DNA of 64,000 nucleotides, taken from positions 160,001-224,000 of the forward strand of contig CAVTBV010000009.1 in assembly GCA_963733095.1 (NCBI GenBank), written 5' to 3'. Made by a program: the position numbers and the translations under genes. The notes under the pieces are model-generated. The model had not been told where the DNA came from. It saw nothing but the letters and a program-made list of their open reading frames with translations, and made no database searches. Positions 28,203 to 38,996 of this stretch are shown here, piece by piece; within the stretch, counting starts at the first letter, position 1, and each line of letters opens with the position of its first letter. This DNA is from Candidatus Bathyarchaeota archaeon (GTDB lineage Archaea; Thermoproteota; Bathyarchaeia; Bathyarchaeales; Bathycorpusculaceae).

Positions 28203-29231
28203 ATGAGAAAAACCAAGAACGATGATTCAGGCAAATACTGTTTAGGCGTTGAATCTTCAGCTGACGACTTTGGAGTCGGCATCGCGAGCTTTAGCGGCGA
28301 AATTCTGGCTAACAAATCAGAAGGCTATATCCCAGCAGAAGGCGGAATCCACCCGAGAGAAGCCGCAAGGCACCATTCCGAGGTTGCGGACAAAGTTCTA
28401 AAAGAAGCCTTATCCAAAGCTGGCGTGAAACCGCGGGAATTGTCCGTTATTGCCTTCTCTCAAGGTCCAGGCTTAGGACCTAGCCTGCGAACAGGAGCCA
28501 CAGTTGCCCGAGCTTTAGCCTCATTCCTTGAGGTTCCTTTGGTAGGCGTCAATCATTCCATTGCCCACATCGAAATTGGAAAACTCAAAACAGGAGCCAA
28601 AGACCCCGTTACGCTTTATGCTTCAGGCGGCAACACTATGGTCACAGCTTTCGAGTCGGGACGCTACCGTGTCTTTGGCGAAACCTTAGATATTGCATTG
28701 GGTAACTGCCTTGACGTTTTCGCAAGGGAAGCAGGGCTTAAACATAAGAAGGGTCTGCCTCTTGGCGCAGCCGTGGAGCAGTTGGCGGCTAAGGGTGAGC
28801 GGCTTGTTTCCTTGCCGTATGTGGTTAAAGGCATGGATTTGTCGCTTAGCGGCTTATTGACTGCAGCTATAACCCACTTACAAAAGGGTGATTGTCGGCT
28901 CGAGGACCTGTGTTATAGTCTTCAAGAACACGCTTTCTCCATGGTAACAGAGGTGACTGAGCGGGCGTTGGCACACACCGAGAAGAAAGAAGTTTTGCTC
29001 ACGGGCGGAGTTGCAGCCAATAAACGACTCCAATTGATGCTTAACTCGATTGCTTTAGAACATGATTCAAGCTTTAGCGTGGTTCCCCTAGAGTTTGCAA
29101 CTGACAACGGCGCTATGATTGCTTGGACAGGCGTTTTGGCGTTTAAACATGGGTTGTTTACGGCTTTGGATGAGAGTTTTGTAAAACTACGTTGGCGAGT
29201 CGACAAGGTGGATGTGCCATGGATACAATAG
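28203..29231 (+). CDS. kae1: KEOPS t6A synthase Kae1
   Basis: GGIHPREAA, GPGLGPSL, NHSIAHIE, SGGNT, GETLD, DNGAMIA. Confidence 0.97.
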   Translation: MRKTKNDDSGKYCLGVESSADDFGVGIASFSGEILANKSEGYIPAEGGIHPREAARHHSEVADKVLKEALSKAGVKPRELSVIAFSQGPGLGPSLRTGATVARALASFLEVPLVGVNHSIAHIEIGKLKTGAKDPVTLYASGGNTMVTAFESGRYRVFGETLDIALGNCLDVFAREAGLKHKKGLPLGAAVEQLAAKGERLVSLPYVVKGMDLSLSGLLTAAITHLQKGDCRLEDLCYSLQEHAFSMVTEVTERALAHTEKKEVLLTGGVAANKRLQLMLNSIALEHDSSFSVVPLEFATDNGAMIAWTGVLAFKHGLFTALDESFVKLRWRVDKVDVPWIQ

Positions 29232-29887
29232 ATAAAGTCAACTCGGCAAGGCTGCTAAAGAAAGGTGCCGAAGCCAGCTTATTCCTCTCTGAATGGCATC
29301 AGCGAAAAGTAATCATTAAAGTCCGTATTCCAAAAAAGTACCGTCCGCCACAGTTGGATGAGCAAATCCGCAGCTACCGCACCGTCCATGAACCGCAACT
29401 GATGCATGAAGCCAAAATTGCCGGGGTAACGACACCTTTGATTTACATGGTTGACGTGCCTCAATCAACCATCATCATGGAGTTTATTGAGGGCCAACAG
29501 GTAAAACAGGTTCTAAACAAGGTTACAAAAATGGAACGCCACGATTTATGCGTGAGCATCGGTGAATCCATCGCGCGGCTACATATACGCGGATTAATCC
29601 ATGGTGACCTAACCACTTCCAACTTGATTCTAAACCCAAAAGACAAAATCTTCTTTGTGGATTTTGGATTGGGCGAAAAAAACCCAGAGCTTGAAGCCCA
29701 GGGGGTAGACTTGCATCTGCTCAAGCGCGCCCTGCAGAGCACACATTACCCGTTCTGGGAAGAATGCTTCCAGAACGTTCTATGTGGTTATTCATCCATC
29801 GTAGGTGCTGAGTCATTGGAAAAGGTTTATGAGAAAATCCGTGAGATTGAGAGACGTGGACGTTATGTCGAAGAGCGCAAACAGTAA
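29219..29887 (+). CDS. bud32: KEOPS kinase Bud32
   Basis: KGAEA, HGDLTTSN, DFGL, RGRY. Confidence 0.96.
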   Translation: MDTIDKVNSARLLKKGAEASLFLSEWHQRKVIIKVRIPKKYRPPQLDEQIRSYRTVHEPQLMHEAKIAGVTTPLIYMVDVPQSTIIMEFIEGQQVKQVLNKVTKMERHDLCVSIGESIARLHIRGLIHGDLTTSNLILNPKDKIFFVDFGLGEKNPELEAQGVDLHLLKRALQSTHYPFWEECFQNVLCGYSSIVGAESLEKVYEKIREIERRGRYVEERKQ

Positions 29888-30479
29888 CCTGTGTCTGCTT
29901 CCAAAACGCAAAATTGTCTTCTTTGCAACAGGCAACATTAACAAGTTCAACGAAGCACGCAGTATCCTTAGCCAATTTCGCGTTGCTGTAGGCATGTTAA
30001 AGCTCAAAGGCGACGAAATCCAGAGTGAAAGCCTAAAAGAAATCGCCCAGAAAAGCGCCCTAAACGCCTACAAACGTTGCCACCTTCCCATCTTTGTTGA
30101 GGATGCAGGCTTGTTTGTAGATGCTCTTGGAGGTTTTCCCGGTCCATACGCCGCCTACGTTTTCCACACTATCCACAACAGCGGCATCCTAAAACTTTTG
30201 GAAAACAAGGCTGATAGAAACGCCAAATTCCAGTCAGTTATAGCTTTCCTAGACGAACAAACCCCCTGTGGACCAATCTGCTTTGACGGCGAATCCAAGG
30301 GTGAAATCACCACAACCGAACACAAAGAAAAAGGCAAATCAGGCTTTGGCTTTGATCCCATCTTCCAGCCAGATGGAAGCGGCAAAACTTTTGCGGAGAT
30401 GACTATCGAGGAAAAGAACGTTTACTCGCATAGGGCAGCGTCCATACGCAAATTTGCCCAGTGGTACACACGCGAGTGA
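29865..30479 (+). CDS. rdgB: dITP/XTP pyrophosphatase
   Basis: ATGNINK, EDAGL, GFPGPY, GFGFDPIF, SHR. Confidence 0.96.
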   Translation: MSKSANSNLCLLPKRKIVFFATGNINKFNEARSILSQFRVAVGMLKLKGDEIQSESLKEIAQKSALNAYKRCHLPIFVEDAGLFVDALGGFPGPYAAYVFHTIHNSGILKLLENKADRNAKFQSVIAFLDEQTPCGPICFDGESKGEITTTEHKEKGKSGFGFDPIFQPDGSGKTFAEMTIEEKNVYSHRAASIRKFAQWYTRE

Positions 30480-30544
30480 GACTCCTAAAAACAAAGTGTT
30501 ATATCCTTATTGTTACATAAGCAGAATTGGATAGGCGGCGGGGT

Positions 30545-31057
30545 ATGATTCACAACGCTGTTAGACAAAGGTCGATAAGTGAAGGTTTAATCACGGCTTT
30601 AGCTGTTGGTGGATTCTTCATCATATTAGGTTCAGTGTTTGCCTTTGCACCTGGCATCGTGAAAAATTCAAACGCCTTCTTCTCAGACCTAACAACTGTA
30701 ACATTTCCGTTTGGCAATCCAGGTTCAACGGTGAGTCTGGTCGCTCCAGCCCACCCAGCCGACCACCAGGCTTTCTACGCTGCGGTGATGAATTTCCTTG
30801 TAGGCGTGGCGGTTCTGCAGATCGTAATCTTAGCTCTAAGGTTGGCGGTGCATTCGCGGATTAGACGAATAGGTCAAAGCGTAGGTGACTTGGTTTTTTG
30901 GCTAGGCGCCGCAGTGGTAGCGAACGTTTTCCTTTCGGCAGGGACATTTACTGGCTGGTTCCAGTTTTGGTCATCACTAATTGTGCTAGTTGGCTTATCG
31001 TTGATTGCAAGGTTCTTTGTGTATTTAGCAGGCAGGTTTAGACGGGAACATGAATAG
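30545..31057 (+). CDS. Membrane protein (paralog of 51361-51894)
   Basis: About 4 TM; shared TA..VGGFFII, PA.PA, FWLG. Confidence 0.75.
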   Translation: MIHNAVRQRSISEGLITALAVGGFFIILGSVFAFAPGIVKNSNAFFSDLTTVTFPFGNPGSTVSLVAPAHPADHQAFYAAVMNFLVGVAVLQIVILALRLAVHSRIRRIGQSVGDLVFWLGAAVVANVFLSAGTFTGWFQFWSSLIVLVGLSLIARFFVYLAGRFRREHE

Positions 31058-31146
31058 GTAACCAAAGAAACTCGGTTTTTTCTGCAGAAGGGATTACTTT
31101 TAAATATTCGTTGGGTGTGGATAAGGGTGCAGTTTAAGGTGTAAGC

Positions 31147-31587
31147 ATGCCAAAGCAAGAAAAAGGGAAATCCCATTCGATGCGTCCTGTCAGCAGGCGC
31201 CCTCCAAGCTGGTGCAAGTATCAGCCTGAAGAAGTTGAATCATTCATAATTAAATTGGCTAAAGAAGGACACTCACTCAGCAGTATAGGAACCATCCTGA
31301 GAGACCAATATGCCATTCCACTCGTAAAACCAATCACGGGCAAGAGCATAAGTGACACACTCAAAGCCTCAAGTCTCGCTCCAGCCATGCCAGAAGACCT
31401 CACAAACCTCATGAAAAAAGCGCAGGGTCTTGCAGTTCACATGGACAAGAACAAGAAAGACCTACATAACAAACGCAACATGCAAATCATCGAAGCCAGA
31501 ATCCACAAGCTCAGCCGCTACTACAAGCGTGAAGGCATTTTAGAGAAGAAATGGAAGTACGTTCCAAAAATCGCTTCCGTAACCTAA
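31147..31587 (+). CDS. rps15: 30S ribosomal protein uS15
   Basis: GKSHS.RP, IGTILRDQY, PEDL, RYYK. Confidence 0.97.
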   Translation: MPKQEKGKSHSMRPVSRRPPSWCKYQPEEVESFIIKLAKEGHSLSSIGTILRDQYAIPLVKPITGKSISDTLKASSLAPAMPEDLTNLMKKAQGLAVHMDKNKKDLHNKRNMQIIEARIHKLSRYYKREGILEKKWKYVPKIASVT

Positions 31588-31680
31588 ACATTACCTTTCT
31601 TTTTAATTTTGTATTTTACCGTTTCTTGATGCGCCAGCTTTAAATCCAATTACCGCCTTTAAGCCCGAGAAGTGAGAGGC

Positions 31681-33150
31681 ATGGCTGCACAGCAACAACA
31701 AAACATCGATGGCTTCTTAGCAGCGGCGAACGAAGCGGCAAAAGTAATTTTAGAAACGGTCAAAAAAGACGGTTTTATTTTGGTGTTTTCGCATTTAGAC
31801 GCCGACGGCGTTGCTGCAGCTGGAATCATGGGCAAAATGCTCAGTCGACTCGACGCCCGGTTCCGCATAAAGGTTATGCAGTGGATGGACGATAAAATCG
31901 TCGGCGAAGTCATCATAGACAAACCCCAACTGGTAATCATGACTGATTTTGGCAGCGGCTACCTTGACCTGCTCAACGAAAAAATCCCAAACTTCAAGGT
32001 CGTAATCCTCGACCACCACCAGACCAATTCCAAGGTTGTTAACCCAAATTTTGTTCAGGTAAACCCTCATGCCTTCGGCATCGATGGGGCAACAGACGTT
32101 AGTGGTTCAGGCGTGGCTTACTTTGCAGCTAAAGCGGTGAATGCTGCGAACGTTGATTTAGCGCCCGTAGCCTTGGTTGGCGCCCTTGGGGACATGCAGG
32201 ACAAACACGAGCAACGAAGCATGAGAAGCTTAAACGAGATAATAGTTAACGACGGCGTCGCCGCTGGCTTGCTTAAGGTCGAAAAAGACCTGATTTTCTT
32301 CGGCAGAGAAACAAGACCTATCTACAAGATGCTCGCTACAACTACAAATCCGTTTATTCCTGGTTTGAGTGGTCAAGAGACTGAAGCTTTGAATTTTGTT
32401 GCAAACCTGGGCATTCCCCTCAAGCAGGGTGACAAGTTGCGGGCTCTCTGCGACTTAACAGACGAAGAACGAAAACGCTTGTGCTCAGCTTTAGCAGACT
32501 ACCTGTTGTCTAAGGGGTTGCATATGGAAGTCGAGAATCTAATCGGTTATGTTTACGTTTTAACCAAGGAAGAACCCAACACAGCTCTTAGGGATGGCCG
32601 CGAATTTGCAGTGGTTCTGAATTCGGCAGGACGCATGGATCGACCGAGCCTTGGCATCGCAATCTGTATGGGCGATCGAAAAGCAGCCCTTGAGGAATCC
32701 AGTAAAATCCTCGAAGACTACCGCAAAAACATCAACAAATACCTCGGCTGGGTAGCAGAAAAACCCGAACGCATGCGAGAACTCCAAAACATCTACGTTA
32801 TCTACGGCGAGAACTTTATCAACGAAAAAATCATCGGGACCGTCTCCTCCATAATCGTCTCCAGCCTTGCCAACAACGAGAAACCGCTCTTAGCGTTCGC
32901 CAACATTGAGGCAGAAAAAGCTGCAAAGTTTTCTGGCAGAACAACCGAAGCTGCTTTGCGTAAAGGCGTTAATCTTGGCGATGTTATGCGGCTTGCTTCG
33001 GAAGCGAACGGTGGCAAGGGGGGAGGACATAACATCGCTGCAGGCGCCCAGGTGCCACTTGACAAAGTTATTGATTTTCTTAAAACCGCCGATGAGTTGG
33101 TGGGTCGACAGTTGAAGGGTGAGAAGCTTGCAGGCAACAGTCACGCTTGA
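31681..33150 (+). CDS. RecJ-like DHH phosphoesterase
   Basis: HLDADG, DFGSG, DHH, GGGH.IAAG; conserved location after uS15. Confidence 0.93.
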   Translation: MAAQQQQNIDGFLAAANEAAKVILETVKKDGFILVFSHLDADGVAAAGIMGKMLSRLDARFRIKVMQWMDDKIVGEVIIDKPQLVIMTDFGSGYLDLLNEKIPNFKVVILDHHQTNSKVVNPNFVQVNPHAFGIDGATDVSGSGVAYFAAKAVNAANVDLAPVALVGALGDMQDKHEQRSMRSLNEIIVNDGVAAGLLKVEKDLIFFGRETRPIYKMLATTTNPFIPGLSGQETEALNFVANLGIPLKQGDKLRALCDLTDEERKRLCSALADYLLSKGLHMEVENLIGYVYVLTKEEPNTALRDGREFAVVLNSAGRMDRPSLGIAICMGDRKAALEESSKILEDYRKNINKYLGWVAEKPERMRELQNIYVIYGENFINEKIIGTVSSIIVSSLANNEKPLLAFANIEAEKAAKFSGRTTEAALRKGVNLGDVMRLASEANGGKGGGHNIAAGAQVPLDKVIDFLKTADELVGRQLKGEKLAGNSHA

Positions 33151-33370
33151 GTACAAAGACGAAAAGACTGCAAAAGCCGTTGCAGAAGCTGTCTCGCCAG
33201 ACAATTTTAAAATGCCAGTTGGCTTGCGGGTTAAAACGGTTAGGGGAAACAACAAAGTAGTAACACAAATTGAATGCGATGGCAAACTTGCTACCTTCAC
33301 AGCTACCATCGATGACCTTCTCTGCAGCGCATCCACCGCAGAAAAAACGCTTTATTCCATAACAAAATAG
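33119..33370 (+). CDS. pcc1: KEOPS subunit Pcc1
   Basis: A.AV..AV.PDN...ATIDDLL; conserved position. Confidence 0.85.
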   Translation: MRSLQATVTLEYKDEKTAKAVAEAVSPDNFKMPVGLRVKTVRGNNKVVTQIECDGKLATFTATIDDLLCSASTAEKTLYSITK

Positions 33371-33431
33371 ACCAATCTATTTCGCCCTAAGTTTATTGTT
33401 GACTGTTTGGACTTTTTGGATCCTATCATAT

Positions 33432-33505
33432 CCTATTAGGGCTTCTATGTTGAAACGATAGATGGGTAGGTTGTCTGCGCAATAAGCTATTTGGACCCCT
33501 AATAG
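33432..33505 (-). repeat. Dispersed intergenic repeat, copy 3 (inverted)
   Basis: gaaacgataga (33452-33462) and tatttggacccctaatag (33488-33505) match the reverse complement of copy 2 parts. Confidence 0.6.
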
Positions 33506-33584
33506 AAACTCATTGCACAAACCTTTAGGTGATAGGTCACCGTTAAATGTTTTAAACAGTCAATAGCATGTTGAAACTAAATGG

Positions 33585-33998
33585 TTACGGTAGGGGCTTG
33601 TAGGTTAAGGCGATTGCGCCGCCGATTATTCCGAATCCTGCGCCGACAAAGTATCCACCCATACCAACAAAGCTAATGGTTGAAAACACTACGATAACCA
33701 CACCCCAAAGGACATGTTCCTGCGGATGAACCCTCAAAACCAAAGCACTCATTACAACGATTACTCCGCATACAAGACTAACAACTGAGACTGCGGTGAA
33801 GAAACCGTTGGAGCTTCCGTAGTTGCCCATGAAGCCATGGTAGCCGCCAATCATGCTGCGTATGTAGTCGCCAAAGCCACCCCATGCAGGTGCGTTGGTA
33901 CCAAACCAAACAGCATTAACCAAACTTAAAAAGAGGACAATTAAGCCTCCGATAAACGAAATTAAAAAAGGCACGAATACTCCCTGTCTAGTACTCAC
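33585..33998 (-). CDS. Membrane protein
   Basis: About 4 TM, Gly-rich; SD GGAGGTG. Confidence 0.75.
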   Translation of the reverse strand: MSTRQGVFVPFLISFIGGLIVLFLSLVNAVWFGTNAPAWGGFGDYIRSMIGGYHGFMGNYGSSNGFFTAVSVVSLVCGVIVVMSALVLRVHPQEHVLWGVVIVVFSTISFVGMGGYFVGAGFGIIGGAIALTYKPLP

Positions 33999-34010
33999 TA
34001 TTTCACCTCC

Positions 34011-35771
34011 TTAGATGAATCTCCTTGGGTCAGTGTCTATGTCCACTATTGTGGGCACGGTTGCTTTGAGGGCTTTGTCAACGGCTGCTTCCAACTCGTT
34101 TGGCTCGGAAACTTTGATGCCTAAACCGCCTGCGTTCTCAGCGAAAGCTGCGAAGCTGAAATCATGAAGTTCTGTCTGCCAACTCTCGTATCTTTCCACC
34201 TTCTGTTCCTGCATAATCATTCCCAAATGCTTGTTATTTATGACGAACACTTTAACGGGCAAATTGTACTTGAGTGCTGTAAGGAAATCGCCCAGAACCA
34301 TCGTTAAGCCGCCGTCGCCAGTTAAACAAACAATCTGACGTTCAGGATAAGCCAACGCCGCCGCCAAGGCTCCTGGCAAACCAAACCCCATAGTAGCTAA
34401 ACCTCCGCTCATAACCATCTTCTGCGTCTTTTTCATGGCAAAGTTTCTGCCAAACCACCAGCAGTTCTCGCCAACGTCTAGTGAAATTACGGCACTGTCC
34501 GCAATTTTTTGGTTTAATATCTTGATGATGTATTGTGGTCTTATGGGTTTTAGATTTCCATCGGCTTCTTTTTCAAGCTGCTCTAGCCATTCCTGTTTCA
34601 ACCCTGCAACTTCAGCGACGTAAGTGCTGTTCTCCTTTTGTTTGACTTTTTCAGTTAACTTTGGAATCAACACTGCACTGTTACCCAGCAATCCCACTTC
34701 AACGGGGTATCGGCGAGCAATCATGAGGGGGTTAATGTCAATTTGGACTATTCGTCTTTTGGGAATCTGAGATAGTTCTGAAAATGATGAGCCTATGGCT
34801 ATGAGCAGATCTGTTTTTTCCATTAGTTGACCCGCTGCGGTTGAACCAACCCCGCCATGACAACCAACATAGAGCGGTTCGTTATCGTCGACGACCCCTT
34901 TAGCTCGGAAAGTTGAGATAATCGGCGCCCCAATCTTTGATGCCAACTTTAACAGTTTGTTGCCTTGTCCTCTGGTGCCAAAACCCGCCAAAATTACAGG
35001 TCTGATGGCTGAATCGATAACTTTTGCGGCCTTCTCAATCATCCAATCCTCCTGTCCATACGCAAGATTAGGCATTCTGCCTTCAAAGGGCAAAATCTGT
35101 GTTTCATACGGCAGCTTTTGTACATCGTTTGGGATCCCGATGTGAGCGACTCCCTGGTCGAGGAGTGCATGTTTAATCGCCAAAGTCGCCAGAGTTGTGG
35201 TTTGGTCTTCGGTCATTAGAGTTTTGTTGTAGACACTTATGGGTTCGAAGAATGCTTGGTGGTCGATTTCCTGCAGTGCGCCTTGTCCTATTAGTTTGCG
35301 TGGAACCATACCTGTTAGGGCTAACACTGGTGCATGGTCGAGTTGAGCATCATATAGACCTGTGGCAAGGTTGGTTGTGCCCGGACCCGAGATGCTGAGG
35401 GTAGCCGCCACGTGCCCAGTTAGTTTGCCGTAGGCAGAAGCCATAAACGCTGCGCTTTCTTCGTGGCGGACTTGGATGTACTTTACTTTGCCGTTGCTCT
35501 TTCGTATGGCATCCACCACACCCAATGTTGACGTGCCAGGTATGCCAAAAACGAACTTGACGCCCCACTCGGCAATCTGGTTGATAAGCACTTCAGAAAC
35601 CGTATGTTCAACCTTCTTCTCTTCCCCACTTCCCTCCGCCAACACCACAAACGCCGATTTAGGTGCTCCACAAACGGGACAAACCCATTCTTTGGGCAAA
35701 TCAGCAAACTTTACTTTTTCTTTCGCATCATCATAAACAAAATTGCAGACCGTACACCTGTATTTCGCCAT
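34011..35771 (-). CDS. Rubredoxin-fused ThDP enzyme (pyruvate oxidase-like)
   Basis: N-terminal CTVC...WVCPVCGA; RHEE, SGPG..N, GDGG...NN ThDP motif. Confidence 0.9.
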   Translation of the reverse strand: MAKYRCTVCNFVYDDAKEKVKFADLPKEWVCPVCGAPKSAFVVLAEGSGEEKKVEHTVSEVLINQIAEWGVKFVFGIPGTSTLGVVDAIRKSNGKVKYIQVRHEESAAFMASAYGKLTGHVAATLSISGPGTTNLATGLYDAQLDHAPVLALTGMVPRKLIGQGALQEIDHQAFFEPISVYNKTLMTEDQTTTLATLAIKHALLDQGVAHIGIPNDVQKLPYETQILPFEGRMPNLAYGQEDWMIEKAAKVIDSAIRPVILAGFGTRGQGNKLLKLASKIGAPIISTFRAKGVVDDNEPLYVGCHGGVGSTAAGQLMEKTDLLIAIGSSFSELSQIPKRRIVQIDINPLMIARRYPVEVGLLGNSAVLIPKLTEKVKQKENSTYVAEVAGLKQEWLEQLEKEADGNLKPIRPQYIIKILNQKIADSAVISLDVGENCWWFGRNFAMKKTQKMVMSGGLATMGFGLPGALAAALAYPERQIVCLTGDGGLTMVLGDFLTALKYNLPVKVFVINNKHLGMIMQEQKVERYESWQTELHDFSFAAFAENAGGLGIKVSEPNELEAAVDKALKATVPTIVDIDTDPRRFI

Positions 35772-35898
35772 AACAAACCCTTCAAAAACGATAATAAACT
35801 AAATGATTCCGCCCTTATCTGTTTATTGGAATGCCAAAAACCGAACAATTTTATAAACCGCTCCAACCAACTATTTAGCAGTAAAGAGATGCACATTT

Positions 35899-36831
35899 AT
35901 GGAGAACTGGGATATCATAATAGTCGGCGCTGGCTCAGCTGGTTTAGCCGCTGGAATCTATGCCGTTCGAAGCGGTTTGAAAACCCTGATTTTAGATGAA
36001 AAATTTGCTGGAGGCGCAATCTCTGATGCCTCAAAAGTCGTCAATTACCCGGGGTTTGCAGAGATAAGCGGTAGCGAACTTTCAGAAAAAATGACAACAC
36101 ATGCTAGAACGGTAGGCGCAACTATTCATGATATAGAAGCCGTAACTGGATTAGACCTCACAGGCGAAGTAAAGACGGTGAAAACCGCGAGTGCCTCCTA
36201 TCAAGCTAAAGCAATCATCTACTCTACAGGCTCACATTATAAGGAGCTGGGTGTGAAGGGTGAAGCCGAATTCAAAGGGAAAGGTGTAAGTTACTGTGGA
36301 GTTTGCGATGGCCCATTCTTTAAGGGTAAACGAGTTCTGGTTGTAGGAGGCGGAAACACCGCTTGCGTTACAACCCTTTATCTTTCAGACTTAGCGTCGC
36401 AGGTTTTTGTCATCCATAGGCGGGCGGCTTTTCGAGCGGAAGAAAGTTTGGTGGCTGATATTTCAAGCAAAAGTAATGTTAGCATAAATTGGAACACTGA
36501 AATCCAAGAGATAAAAGGCGACAAACAAGTCAAAACCGTAACATTAATGGACAACCTGACGCAAAAAACAAGCGAATTAGCCGTTGACGCAGTTTTTGTA
36601 CAGATAGGGGAGGCACCGAACAGTCAATTTGCCAAAGCTGCAGGCGTAGATATAGATGAGCATGGTTACATCAAAGTCAATGTGCGTCAAGAAACCAACC
36701 TGCCTGGCGTGTTCGCTGCAGGCGACGTTACAGACCACCCAATCAAGCAGGTAGGCACGGCAGTGGGTCAAGGCATCACTGCAGCCTTAGAGGCTTATAG
36801 TTACATTCGACGACCATATTACAAAAAATAG
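35899..36831 (+). CDS. trxB: Thioredoxin reductase
   Basis: GAGSAG, SYCGVCDG, GGGNTA, AAGDV. Confidence 0.93.
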   Translation: MENWDIIIVGAGSAGLAAGIYAVRSGLKTLILDEKFAGGAISDASKVVNYPGFAEISGSELSEKMTTHARTVGATIHDIEAVTGLDLTGEVKTVKTASASYQAKAIIYSTGSHYKELGVKGEAEFKGKGVSYCGVCDGPFFKGKRVLVVGGGNTACVTTLYLSDLASQVFVIHRRAAFRAEESLVADISSKSNVSINWNTEIQEIKGDKQVKTVTLMDNLTQKTSELAVDAVFVQIGEAPNSQFAKAAGVDIDEHGYIKVNVRQETNLPGVFAAGDVTDHPIKQVGTAVGQGITAALEAYSYIRRPYYKK

Positions 36832-36936
36832 AGAGTAAGGATTATATGATTCTAAAGTCCTTTTCATGGTTTCAATCAGCTTAAGCCATAAAGCAAAGCG
36901 GCAATAACAGAAATGCGCATGAAAAGAGGTTTGTGA

Positions 36937-38163
36937 ATGAGTGAAAAATGTCTTGCTGTAGTAGAAATCGACCAAGACCTTTGCAGCCGATGTTATGTCT
37001 GTAAATCAATCTGCCCCTATGAAGCCATAAAGGCAGATTCAACAGGCAAAGTGGAAATTAACAGCCAGGACTGCCAAGTTTGCGGTATTTGCTACAGTGC
37101 TTGTCCATCTGCTGCGATAAAAATGCAGTATTACACTTACGATAACCTATCCGAATACCTTAAAAAGGCACAGGCAAAAGCCAAAGAAGGCGCTGAAACA
37201 CTAGTTTTGATGTGCCGAGGAAACTCGCCATCCTCAGGTGAAGTTCAAGATATCCTTAACGCGCAAGGGTTGGAAGTTGGCAATTATATGGCTCTACGTT
37301 TGCCCTGTGCAGGAAGAGTTCCGACAGACTTTGTCTTTGAAGCGCTAAATTCCGGCGTAAAAAACATAGTTTCCATCCAATGTGAAGACCCATTCTGTAG
37401 ATACAAAGAAGGCACAAAGATTAACACTCGAAGGCTTGTTTTAGCCCGTAATGTTCTCAAACAGTTAGGCTTCGACGAGAATGCTGTTAGAGTTGTAAAG
37501 TTTTCCCGTAAAGCAGTATATGATGTGCTGGAATGTGTGGGTTGCGGTAAATGTGTTTTCATCTGCCCATATGGCGCGATTGAATTCGAATCTTTTGCAA
37601 CTCCAAAAGTTAACGAGGAGAAGTGCACTGGTTGTGGTGCGTGCCAGCTAGTTTGTCCGCACCATGCGATACAGGTGAAGGGCTTTGAATTTGAAGATGT
37701 TGTTGACCGCTACGGCAAATCGCTCGCACTGTTAAAAGATAAAAACAAAGGTCCAGCCGTCCTCGCTTTTGTCTGTCAATGGTCAGAATTCTCAGCATTA
37801 GATAACCCAAATAAAGCATTCGAAGGCAAAAACGTCTTAGCCCTTGAAGTTCCCTGCTTCAAATCTCTCGACCCAGTCCATATCATCAATGCATTAAACT
37901 GTGGTTTCGACGGCGTAATGGGCGTGGTCTGCTCATCTAATGACTGCAAGCTCCAAGAAGGTCGAGACACAGCCGAACGCAATCAGGCCGCTTTGAAGGT
38001 TGTGCTTAAAGAATTGGGTGTGCTCGACAGATTCGAACTCTACGAGGAATCCCCTAGGTGCGCTGGCGACTTTGAGGCTAAACTCGATGAATTCTACAAA
38101 AAGATTTGTGCTTTACCTAAACGTGAAGTAGCTGTGGAGGCGACTGCAAAACGTACAAAATAG
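36937..38163 (+). CDS. Polyferredoxin/MvhD-like fusion protein
   Basis: Four CxxCxxCxxxCP motifs in two pairs, each followed by an MvhD-like segment (LPCAGRV; CQWS..VPC..GFDGV). Confidence 0.85.
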   Translation: MSEKCLAVVEIDQDLCSRCYVCKSICPYEAIKADSTGKVEINSQDCQVCGICYSACPSAAIKMQYYTYDNLSEYLKKAQAKAKEGAETLVLMCRGNSPSSGEVQDILNAQGLEVGNYMALRLPCAGRVPTDFVFEALNSGVKNIVSIQCEDPFCRYKEGTKINTRRLVLARNVLKQLGFDENAVRVVKFSRKAVYDVLECVGCGKCVFICPYGAIEFESFATPKVNEEKCTGCGACQLVCPHHAIQVKGFEFEDVVDRYGKSLALLKDKNKGPAVLAFVCQWSEFSALDNPNKAFEGKNVLALEVPCFKSLDPVHIINALNCGFDGVMGVVCSSNDCKLQEGRDTAERNQAALKVVLKELGVLDRFELYEESPRCAGDFEAKLDEFYKKICALPKREVAVEATAKRTK

Positions 38164-38996
38164 TATCGAAAAAAGAACTAGTTCCCAAGATTAAACTCTT
38201 AGAGGTTGACGCTCCAGACGTTGCGGCTCAATCGCACGCTGGCCAATTCCTAATAGTAATTCACGGCAAAACAGGCGAACGCATACCATTAACCATCTGC
38301 GGATATGATACTGCGAAAGGCACAGTTTCTTTTGCCTTCCATGAAGTCGGCAAAACCACCAAAGACTTGGGTTCACTAAACCAAGGCGATTGCATCGACA
38401 ACATTACTGGTCCACTAGGTAACCCTTCTGAAGTGAAGAACTTCGGCAAGGTCCTGTGTGTGGGCGGAAGCGTAATGATTGCACCCTTACTGCTGCAAGT
38501 TAAAGCTATGAAAGAAGCAGGCAACAAAGTAACCACCGTTCTTGGTGCACGAACAAAAGAGTTCATAATGATGGAAGAGGAAGCTAAACGTTACAGCGAC
38601 AAAGTCATAGTAGGAACTGACGATGGCTCAAGCGGTTACAAAGGCTTAGATTTCCTAAAAGAGTTGCTGAAGACAGAAAAGTTTGACCGCTGCGTAGTTA
38701 TGGGTCCAGTAATTCTCATGAAGGATGTTAGCGAAATCACCAAACCCTACAACATCCCAACAATCGTCACCCTAACCCCTATAATGATCGATGGGATGGG
38801 CATGTGCGGGGTCTGCCGAGTAACGGTTGATGGCAAAATGATGTTCGGATGCGTAGATGGACCAGAATTTGACGGTCACAAAACAAACTTTGACGAGTTA
38901 ATTCTACGTCAACGAACCATGCTTCCAGAAGAAAGATTAAGTTCAGTACTATCGGAAATGAGTGGAGGTTGCAAGTGTGGCAGAAACAAAGCCTAA
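38151..38996 (+). CDS. nfnA: NfnA/SudB FAD/[2Fe-2S] subunit (apparent ACG start)
   Basis: Frame open from 38151: (T)YKIVSKKELVP...GQF...GERIPLTI...GPLG...DGMGMCGVCR...CVDGPEF. Confidence 0.88.
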   Translation, partial: TYKIVSKKELVPKIKLLEVDAPDVAAQSHAGQFLIVIHGKTGERIPLTICGYDTAKGTVSFAFHEVGKTTKDLGSLNQGDCIDNITGPLGNPSEVKNFGKVLCVGGSVMIAPLLLQVKAMKEAGNKVTTVLGARTKEFIMMEEEAKRYSDKVIVGTDDGSSGYKGLDFLKELLKTEKFDRCVVMGPVILMKDVSEITKPYNIPTIVTLTPIMIDGMGMCGVCRVTVDGKMMFGCVDGPEFDGHKTNFDELILRQRTMLPEERLSSVLSEMSGGCKCGRNKA

